A stretch of 64,000 nt of DNA from Tubulanus polymorphus (taxonomy: Eukaryota; Animalia; Nemertea), in contig NC_134030.1 of the NCBI RefSeq assembly GCF_964204645.1, positions 18,932,210 through 18,996,209 of the forward strand. The letters are read 5' to 3'. The notes under the pieces were generated by a model, which saw only the letters and a list, made by a program, of their open reading frames with translations, was not told the DNA's origin and ran no database searches. Below, piece after piece: positions 12,501 through 22,206 of the stretch (position 1 is its first letter; every line of letters begins with the position of its first letter). Position numbers and translations under genes: made by a program.

Positions 12501-15500
12501 TGATGTTATTGGTTTCATGAGCTTTTCCTTTTCATGTTATAGGCAATCGTCATATATGGGTATACTCGTTTTAGACTGTAGTACAAATGCCAGTTGATGA
12601 ATAAACCCACGGCAGAAAATAGAACGTCAGCTAGCAGGTCTTATATGCATCGAGCAGATACTTTTATCCATCATCAGGGCATATATCTACCACTGTCAAA
12701 TCAAGCATGCTATCAAAAATGCTAGCTGGCATTCGTCTCGTCGAGTTTGGGGTTTTTGGTCCGACTAACATCTTCTATATGTTGTTAATTTGTTGGCAAT
12801 AAAATTGATTCATGTGTTTCTTTTTTGTTTTTTTTAGCCCCATGCTGATTTACTCCAGTTGATGGTTCAATCACATGTCAGCGATGATCAAGTCGACAGA
12901 GAAACTAACAACATGAAATGGTCCAGCACAGGTAAACAAACAATTACGGACTAATAATCCTGACAGCCATTTCTACTTCAAGTATTCTAACTTTTACATA
13001 TTTTATGAACCTCCACCAGTGCCGTATCAACTGAATCACCTGTAACAATGCTGCACTGCCGGATTTCCGGTCACTGGTTCTTTGGCCTGCTTCTTCTTCA
13101 AGTTCTTCTTCTTCAAAATACTAACAATTCTTTCTTGTATGATGACGTTTTATTTTTCTTCTCTCCACTGCTTATAACTACATTCGTCGTATCTCTTTTC
13201 CTCCCCCTGAGCTAAAAACCTTAGACTCATATACCTAAATTCGTACATTCCTCGAATCCCTAAGCCATGACCTCACCTGCTTCTAACCTTACCTTATCCG
13301 GTTTTCTTAGTCCCACTACTTCTATTCTATTCTCTTCTGATCTGCGCTAACCATCTCATATAAAACCTTATATTTTGATAAAAGCATCGAGTTGCTCCTC
13401 CGCCTTTGCCACAAACTCTCAGCTTGTAACCTGAGCCATTTCTCATTAATGTGCTTTGTCGTCGACACACTGCGCACACTATCTACTCGTATTCATACAT
13501 ATTAACTAATAGCTTAACATAATAATTGGGGTCAGGACAAATGAGGCGATATCTCAATCTTCATCTCTTCATCTCAGTCAAGACCGACAGAAGATGCTGA
13601 AATTTCCTGAACCCCTACTTTTATGCTCTAACGACATGCTGTATATTATGATTTCGAAGGTTTGTTAAGTGATGAAATCTTGGCGCAGTCGTTTATATTC
13701 ATCGTGGCCGGTTATGAGAACATATCGAATTACATGACGTACGTGGCGTATTGTTTGGCGCTGAATCCCGACGTTCAGGATCGACTCATCGACGACATCC
13801 ATCGAATTATCGGCAAACAGGTACTAGTTTCATGTTTACATCCGGGCCTCGGCATGAAACCCACATAATTTCGAGTTTTAGAAAACCGGTTCAACTTACA
13901 CTAAAGACCACGCTGCCATATTCTATCACCACTTTAATAGCGACATATGTAGCAACAGATAAGGCTAAGCTCAGGTCGATATACGACGCGATCATCTCGT
14001 AAAAACAGCGGTCACCGGGCAAGAGACTTCCCCATTGTTTTTTTTTCACCCGGAAAAAGATGGGTACCTGGTATAATTCGTATAATAATAACCTGGTATA
14101 ATCCGTTGGGCACTAGTCCGTAGTGCCCAACTTGGGCTGCTCGTTTGCCCCCCGGAGACAGGACTGATAGCGGTTAGAGTTATAGGATGAGGTAATAATA
14201 CCGATCTAATGAAAGCGCCGTTGAACATTGTATCTTGAAATTAAATCACTATCACTATGCTAGGCTATGTTTGTCTAGATTTATGTAAAACCCGCATACT
14301 TGCGGTGGGTCCATCCATATATGGCAATGTCTTGCCCAATACCCACATACGTGCCAGAGGAAGGTTTGATACCCGAATGCCAGGGGTTAATCTGTAAAAG
14401 CTGCAATTGATTATATCCCGGTTTATACTTACCATGTACATATTCCAGGTGCCCGATTACGACAACGTGAGGAAGATTGAATATTTGGAAATGGTAATGA
14501 ATGAATCGGCACGGATCCACACTCTCGCTCCTCGGTAAAAACCGCAAAATACTTAACAAAATGAGCCTTTTAACTAATTCTTTCTTGTATTGGAGTTTGT
14601 TGCAACTATTCAGATTGAGTCGAGAAGTCAGTGAAACGACTGAAATAGACGGAATTCTTTTTAAGAAGGGCTGGTCAGTCAGTGTACCCGTTTACGCCAT
14701 ACACATGGACCCCGAAATCTGGCCCGACCCGGATAAATTTGACCCAGAAAGGTAATCCGTTCACGAGACAGTACTCGCTGAGATAATAATAACAAAACAC
14801 CGAAGCTGGCCCCGGCTTCATAGACTAGGTCGCAATTTACTTCTTAGGATGTGATTTATAACCCGCAGTCTTCAAAACTGGATTATGAAGTTATTTCTGG
14901 GGATTGATATCAAACCAGTAACTGGGATTTGGTACCAAAGTTTCCCAAAAGACTACATCCTCAACGGATCTCGCTTTAGAGACAGGATATGAAAGTTTTC
15001 CAAAGGGATAAATTCTCATCGGTCTGGTTTTATAGATAGGATATCCGAATTAATCGACAACCTGGGTCCGGATGTGTTTATACTTGAAATCGAAATTATT
15101 CAAATGGATGAATATTTTACCTGGGTCAGGTTTTATGAACTAGGCATCAAGTATTGTCCAAAATGATAAATGAGCCATAAGAGATTTTCAAACCAATTCG
15201 TCAGTTACCATATGATCTATATAACATTTGAATCCGGGATCTAATGAGCTTTATGTTAATTAAAAACCTTCAGGTTTACCGCGGAGAACAGTCGGGACCG
15301 ACACCCGTGCAGTTATATACCGTTCGGTATCGGACCTCGCCACTGCATTGCTCAAAGACTGTCGTTGTTTGAAGCTAAAGTTGCCCTAGTTTCCATCCTG
15401 CAAGATTTTAAATTCATCCCCTGTGACGAGACACCGGTAAGTAGACTGTATTAACCTTAATAGCATCGTTTTCTTAGCCCTCCCCGAAAGGATAGCTGTC

Positions 15501-15859
15501 TCCAAAAAAAACTATACGCGACAATCTAATGCCCCATGTAAATATTACATACCCCTAGGTATGCCATAATCTTTAAAAACACTCCAAGAAAAGAGACCAC
15601 CTTGAAAAATCACCCTATGACATCATGAAATCAAAAGACAAGATGGCAGGTCCACAAACGCTCCAATGGAAATTATGTTTGCCTTCGTGACAACATCAAA
15701 TAGCCCACGGCTATGATTCGATCGCTCTGGTACTAGGCCTTATCATTGTATATGGTTTCGTATTTTTAATCGCAGATTCCGTTGTTGAAGGACCCACTTG
15801 GACGGCCGCAAAAACCGGTCGTCCTCAGATTGGAGCGAATTTCACGTGTCATAGAATGA
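6577..15859 (+). CDS. Cytochrome P450 clan 3 (CYP3-like), copy 2; complete, 14 exons, 517 aa
   Basis: Exons 6577-6659, 7334-7433, 7817-7875, 7982-8081, 8413-8532, 9535-9623, 10803-10948, 11911-12041, 12838-12931, 13660-13820, 14449-14534, 14614-14751, 15274-15436, 15776-15859; total 1554 nt in frame. N-terminal anchor MDMFGLFTASVWLPVISVVLGLLLYYYG, LPFIGN, WKHVRSMLTPAFSSGKMR (clan-3 C-helix), AGYENISN, ESAR, PERF, PFGIGPRHCIA. Confidence 0.93.
8647..8924. mobile_element. piggyBac-like MITE
   Basis: TTAA|CCCTTTCAGT ... ACTGAAAGGG|TTAA, with internal inverted repeat AGTGCGTCTACACCG / CGGTGTAGACGCACT; in CYP3 copy 2 intron 5. Confidence 0.8.
11666..11775. mobile_element. ~110-bp MITE with GGGTCCAGTTCCACAG termini
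   Basis: 26-bp imperfect TIRs; absent at the homologous intron site of copy 1 (~241-270); related copy at ~57297-57404. Confidence 0.75.
12092..12380 (+). repeat. Degenerate ~56-60 bp minisatellite family (GTGGCAAGTGAGGATCCACCAGGTGTCGCTAGTG...)
   Basis: About five units here; further units at ~560-660, 17350-17450, 17655-17765, 19872-19927 (-), 22865-23100 and 30277-30327 (-). Confidence 0.75.
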
Positions 15860-16333
15860 AAAGACAACCCTGATTCGGAAACTAATCGAGTAATTTACAT
15901 ACAATTTGGCATAAATTTGCATGTATTAAATTTTTCAAATCATACAACCTACAGCAAGTTTTGTTCATAACGTTTTTCTTTTTATTCTAGACTGTTTCGT
16001 TTGGATATCAAAATATCGTATTGAATCATTGAATATATTCGAAATTCATTTATCACCGACGAGACTCCGTAGATGTCGAATTTCACCACCTACGGTGGCC
16101 GATAAAGGCCATTCGGTTTATCGTCGTAATAGAATATATTATATTATTTTGATTGATTAATTTCAATCGTGTTGAATTTGATTGACGACAACGTCTGCGC
16201 CACTAATAAGACATGTAGTCCTCGCCCTCGTCACTTTCCAGGAAGAAATCTGATGAGAAACTAGGGTATTTCTTTGCCAAGGCCACACACAGATAATAGA
16301 CTTTGGTTTTATGTAGTAAGGGATTTATGATCA

Positions 16334-19300
16334 CTAACTCTCAATTTCCATCGTGAAATTATCAATCAAACAATCCTTAACGATCATCACCGTATAGAGT
16401 GTATCGGTCAATCTAGGAACATCTTTGGATGAAAAGGCTTTCTCCGACTTAACATCAACTTCAGCCGTAGTTTCATTTACGTTGGTCCCATTAACCTGTA
16501 CGTAGCCGTTCGTACATCTAAACGATACCCAATTTTCAAATTTCTTGACGTTGAAGTAGTATGCGAGCATCTTTCCAAGTTGTACATTTAGACAAACAGC
16601 GACGTGCTGCGTGACGTATATTTGTGCCAAGTAAGTCTCCTTCGTGAAAACAGTCACCCTCCCAACCGTTCCGCGAATGAAAAACGATATCGAAAAGCTT
16701 TTCAACGCAGCGATTTCATCTTTGGTGTCGCCGAAATGCAATAAAACCTTGTTGATCTGCGTTGACACTGTTTGGCTGGTATCGATGCCTTCGGCTATCA
16801 GAAGACTAGTCGGCAGTGCGCTGTAATTGCTGGCCGTCATATTGGCTCCCTCGCCGAACACGATTCCGCGTTCGGCGTTCACGTTTTCAAAATCGAAGAA
16901 ATAACGCAGGTGGCGTGACGTAGCTTCGGTTCCTAAAATAATAAGGTCAGATTAAACATACGAAATAACGATAATGATACTAGACCTATCGAGGATGTCT
17001 CTTGCAGAAAATGGTGTTCACCAGGGGCCAGTTGCACAGTCGTGACTTAAGTCCAAAGGTGGTCTTAAATCTTAAGAATGGTCTTAAGTTGTTAGATAAG
17101 CTATAGAACTAAGTTGGTCTTAGACTGGTCTTAAGTCTAAGCCATGACTATGCAACCGGCCCCTGGGGCCAGTTGCTCAAAAGTTGGTTACAGTTAACCA
17201 GTGGATAGTTGACATAGTGGAAATTTAAATATCATTGTTGCTATGGTATTTATCCGCCGGTTATCTTTTACCAACTTTTGAGCAACTTACTGGTGTTTGT
17301 TGTTCGCAATATGGCAACACAACTGCGGCAATACTGGATTTTTACTCCGGATAAGTGATGATCCGCCAGGTGTCGTTAGTGTGAAATAGGACATGAAGTG
17401 CTGTGGCAATAGAGGAATCCACTTTTGTCTAGTGAGGTCCCAGCAAGTTTTGATATCGTACATACAGTAGAACTAACTTAATTCAGATGACAAAAACTCT
17501 GCCCAGATTTGTCCGAATTATGAATTACCAGTTTTCATGGATTCAGGTTAAAACAATTCTTCTGAATTGAATGAAAATTCGGATGAAGAAATCCGAATTA
17601 AAGGAGTTTTACTGTATAAGCACTTCAACCACTAGCAAAAGAGGAGTCAACTGGTAAGTGAGGATCCACCAGGTGTCGTTAGTATGCAGTAGGACATCGA
17701 CAACTACTATGGTGATGATTATAATTGTGTGGCAGGTGTTGAGGATCCACCAGGCGTCGCTGGTAGTTGCTCTAGATTCAAAAAAATCGAATAAACAAAC
17801 AATTCGACTAAATCAATCATCAATGATAACTCGACCAAACACCGAGTGGAAAGCAAGTAATTGTCGGGCTTATAATTGGGTCGCTGTTATGGTCTGAGAG
17901 TTTAGGCCCTGCCGGTACTGTACCAGAGTACATTATTGGAAACACGGTTAGTAAAAATACATTTCAATCATACGTTTTTCGAGACATAATATCCGACCTG
18001 ACACGTACCAGTTTTCGCTGTCTTCTTTTTGCCGCTCGAACTTTTTACCTGAAACAATATTTTGAAAACACGAAGGACATTCAAGACGAAACAATCTGGT
18101 TTAAATGACGGTTTCTGCAGTGAACTGTTGAAACATCGTAGCGTGGATAAATTTGAAAATTTTTCAATTCGTAATGTTTTTAGTTGCAGGAATCTATGTC
18201 GTCACGTGCAAAAGCCTCTACAGTAATCGCAATGAGCTTTTTGACACGGAGATATACCTGGGGCCGGTTTTATAGACTGGTATCAACTTAAACCCGTGGG
18301 CTAGCCCTATTCATTTTCAAGTAAATATCGGTTCTCGACACAATCTATGTCCTTTGCAAAACACACATTATAATCTAAATTCACAGTTTACTCATTGCTA
18401 ACACGAATGGAAAACTTTTTGAACAGCCTGACTACATTATACGAGGCGGTTTTGTGTCTGCGGGCTAAATTAGGTGTTCTTGAAAAAAAATGTAGCCAGA
18501 CATATCTAATAAGTAGATATATTTTTCAGTCGAAGGCCCTGTCGGCTGATAAATATACTCAGCAAACGATATAGAATGTTTTATAGTAAGTAAACACTCA
18601 TTTCCTCTACTACGCCTTCGTCTTTCCGACACGGGGTATTTATGTTATACATGTTATTTTTGATGTTGTTAGGAACTCTAGTCATGATGCCCAAGAGAGC
18701 GACAAATCGTAGAATATGCAGATATCAACTATTTATTGTACGCTGATTAAAAAACCGACTAGGATCAACTACATTTCTACCCTCAATCCACTGAGCGCCA
18801 CAGTGACTCAGGGCACTTTGCAGGTTTCTAAGCACGCACACCGCTGGGCACCGCACAGCCTATGAATAGCGGTTTTGAGGTCTTTTTTTCAAATCCCAAT
18901 AACGGGGGAGAGTGACGAGAAAATAACCATCGACCAAGAAAGTCTCTCGCCACAAGGATTCAAACCACGAACCGTTGAATAGGCGAGCCCAGTGTCCGGT
19001 GGCGGCCTAGAAAACAAATTTCGTTCACCCGTAAATCAACTATCCGTGGAATCTGAACCGTATACTGCGAGGGGAAGTAAATTTCATACCTTTTCGATGG
19101 ATTTGCTCATTCGACAAGTGAGAACAAATCTACCGGTAGGTAAACACGAACAGCTTCGGCAAAAAACAGTGAAATAGATACCCACGCACTACTACTAAAT
19201 GAATCTAATGTTTATTTTGTTTCATCGGGGGACCCTGAAAATCTAGTCCAACATTAATGGGGAACCCGTAAAACCAGCTATCCCACCAGATGGCGTGACA

Positions 19301-20378
19301 AGCCGAAGGTCGTCCGATGTCAAAATTAATTCATCAGTTACAATGAACTTTGGACTGAATTTTGAGACTCCCGAATCCATATCACAGTACCCATCAAGTA
19401 TACAATTACTTTCATCGTTCTACTCGATATCGGTAAAGCCGGGCGTAGGTCGGCCTTGCGACGGCTTGTGACTCGCTACTGCGACGCGACTTACTGCGAC
19501 CGCCAGCGACGATCGCGTAGCAACGACCAACCGACCTACGCTACCTTGCGACTGCCAGCGAAGGGTTGCGACTGCCAGCGACGCCAGTCGCAATGAGTCG
19601 CACATGTTCTACTTTCCGCGACGCGACGCGACCATCGCAACCGATCTACGCGCTCTTGCGACTGGCAGCAACTAGTCGCACACAGTCGCTGACAATCGCG
19701 TCGCAACCGACTTGTGCAGCCACTTGTGACGCAACGCGACGATCGCGTCGCATCGCAAGGTCGACCTACGCCCGCCTTTAAATATCATGAATAGTTGACT
19801 CAATTAAGATAAAAGTTCATTTAGATTTAATTGAAATGTAGAAGAAATCGAACGCGGACGACCAACTATCTACTAGCGCACCTGGCGGATCCTCGCCTGC
19901 CATACGTGGAATCCTCGATTGCCACAGTAGCACTGTGGGTACCCCTTGGAAAATGAACCGCTTAACCTACAACAGCGTGTGCGTATCGTTGAAGCATCTT
20001 AAATATACAGCAAAATATAAATGTTAACTTTACCTGGTAGTACTTTGTTGGGTCATCCTTTTTGCTGGTAGTACATGCGTCGCTGATATCAACGTCAAAC
20101 AGACGGCAATTTCTTTTTTCGGTGACGGACATGACCGAACATTTCTCGTGATTCGTACACTCGATTCCGCATTCGATAACGCCGCGAATTTGACTATTTC
20201 GGATAGAAACGGTCGCCGACCAGCTTCGGAAATTCGTCACGCTGCGACGGTCGTCGTTCGTGGAACATTTTTGGAGTCGAGCGAATTTGTGAAAACGATT
20301 CCCATCTAAAGCCTCAGCGATAACAATATAGTAGACGATAAGTAAAATTCTAAAATTCGAATTCCTTCTCGCCCCCAT
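16334..20378 (-). CDS. Secreted PAN/apple-domain + LamG/ConA-like domain protein, copy A (327 aa)
   Basis: Exons 20378-20034, 18048-18009 (40 nt), 16932-16334; total 984 nt in frame, GT-AG. Signal peptide MGARRNSNFRILLIVYYIVIAEA; PAN-type Cys pattern ECGIECTNHEKCSVMSVTEKRNCRLF. C-terminal YFFDFE...FSISFFIR...WVSFR...VQVNG...IDNFTME resembles a LamG/ConA beta-sandwich (domain call is inference). Confidence 0.82.
17025..17287. mobile_element. Two back-to-back GGGCC-terminal MITEs (PIF/Harbinger-like)
   Basis: CAG|GGGCCAGTTGCACAGTC...TGCAACCGGCCC|CTG (17025-17162), then GGGCCAGTTGCTCAAAAGTTGGT...ACCAACTTTTGAGCAACT (17166-17287). Confidence 0.72.
17465..17614. mobile_element. Tc1/mariner (Tigger-like) MITE
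   Basis: TA|CAGTAGAACT..TTAATTC ... GAATTAAAGGAGTTTTACTG|TA. Confidence 0.6.
19437..19777. mobile_element. GC-rich PIF/Harbinger-like MITE with internal GCGAC repeats
   Basis: TAA|AGCCGGGCGTAGGTCGGCCTTGCGA ... TCGCAAGGTCGACCTACGCCCGCCT|TTA. Confidence 0.75.
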
Positions 20379-20920
20379 CGCAGCGAATTGCTCAGTCGAA
20401 TGTGCGACAAAGAAACAAGGTGAGCTAAAGACACGCCAGTTAAATCTTCCCAGACTGAATATATCGATCATATGGTCGTCATACATGAATTCTGAAAAAC
20501 AAAGAGCGCTTGGGGAAACCGCCTCTTTGACAAATTCGTCTTCAAAAGAACTGTTCTGCGCATAAACAAAACAAATGTTTTGATACTAACTACTGCACGT
20601 ACGACTAGTGGCGATTCTACGTGTATACGTGTGGAATGAACTACGAACGCCAGACAGAAGACATTTTATCAGCCCCATTTCAAAAAGTAATCGTTCATAC
20701 TTCATATATGTTCAGAACTTCGCTGCAGATATTTTCGATTGAAAATAAAATACGAATACCAGACAAACATTTTTAGCACATTTTCAAAACCTGATCGACC
20801 ACATGTGTTTAGAACTGCGCCTGAAACATTATGATTGAAAAAGAACTTCTGCTCAGTCAAAAGTCATAGGACATTTTTTCTGCACAATTAAGAAAAATAA
20901 AATAATAATAATAATATAAC

Positions 20921-21082
20921 ACAATACCCGTGTATGATGATGATAACGAGTGAAATCCCACAATAAATTCAGCCAAAACGTAAAACTTGAATAGAAGAGT
21001 ACATACATGTATATTTGCGCAACGTTTCGGCTTAAGACTGTTAGCCATCATTAGCAGGCGTACTGATGATGGCTAACAGTCT
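20921..21082. mobile_element. Truncated copy of the fold-back hammerhead element
   Basis: Shares CCGTGTATGATGA..ATAACGAG.GAAATCCCACAATAA and CGTTTCGGCT..ACTGTTAGCCATCA..GGCGTACTGATGATGGCTAACAGT with the 25.7-kb copy; right arm is cut short. Confidence 0.65.
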
Positions 21083-21368
21083 AAACATGCACCCAGTTTA
21101 AAGGTGGACTATAGGTTCACTATATACACAAACTAGATACCGTGGAATATCATTCGGTTTGATTGGTTATAAACAGACAGCAATCCGGAGTCGTTTAAAC
21201 CAAAGGATGCCTTTCAATCACCAGCATGAGTCAACGGTGATTGGTAACAGAAGTGTGGCACCTCGTGATTAAATGCGAAATTTCAGTCAATTCAGTAGCA
21301 GTTATGTTTACAATGAAAGTAATTCTTGAATCGAATTATTAAGTGTTCAAGGTAGTATAAACTGGGAT

Positions 21369-21637
21369 CACGATGGGTAGAACACTATATCCGCGTTGAC
21401 GCGATGTAGAGAGAATCCCACAATGATAATAAAAAGTCCGAAAATGAAACTTCGAGATAGTAGTTTATTTCAACGTTTCGACTATATCCTAATAGTCATC
21501 TTCAGGAATAGAAAATTTGTGTAGTTTCTCATTATACCTGAAGATGACTATTAGGATATAGTCGAAACGTTGAAATAAACTACTATCTCGAAGTTTCATT
21601 TTCGGACTTTTTATTATCATTGTGGGATTCTCTCCTC
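21369..21637. mobile_element. Fold-back element with a hammerhead-ribozyme motif in each arm (Penelope/retrozyme-like, non-autonomous)
   Basis: Perfect 98-bp inverted arms 21409-21506 and 21537-21634 around a 30-nt spacer. CTGAAGA-T-GACTAT..ATAGTC-GAAAC-GTT at 21538-21571 and its mirror image. Flanking direct repeat ATAAACTGGGAT at 21357-21368 and 21638-21649. Confidence 0.75.
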
Positions 21638-22206
21638 ATAAACTGGGATAATGAGAATGCAGAAGTTTGAGGCATTTTAGGCCGCGTAAGATCAAGTGCC
21701 ACGCGTTTAGATGGCGCCAATGATATCTTCAATATTTTCATTAAACGGGAATCGCTCGAGTCATGAACGTGTAAATGTTCCTTTTCATTATTCGTAAATC
21801 GTATTTCTGATACATATGTTTTTTGTTTTTGTTTTTTTTTTTACTTCTCCTTTTCAACTTGTCTCTCTTGTCTGTAGTTCTGTGATTGTTATGTGTTCAC
21901 TTTATTGTTGTATATCTGATGTTGTAATGTTTCGACAAGGGTCAATAAAGTTTGAATTGAATTGATAACACAACACGTAACATAGTTACGGAGCATAGTT
22001 ACGTCATGAAATCAATATGATTTCTTTCAAAGAAAGGGATGGCACGGGAGACAGAAAATGATTCAACATTAAGCTGAGTTGAACGGATTTTCGAGTTAAA
22101 AGTCTAGAGTATATTGCATTGAGTATCATTTATATGCGAGGGGTACTAAATAACGACTTAGAATTTGGTACTGAAGTTCTCGACAGTTCTTCGCTTTGTG
22201 ATTCCA

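Noticed and set aside
19420-19781. GC-rich 61-71 aa ORFs
   Set aside because: Lie within a TIR-bounded MITE made of GCGAC repeats.
20379-20486. Upstream in-frame extension of the PAN-LamG copy A ORF (MYDDHM..)
   Set aside because: Paralog B starts at the position equivalent to 20378 and the signal peptide follows directly, so the extension is probably 5' UTR.
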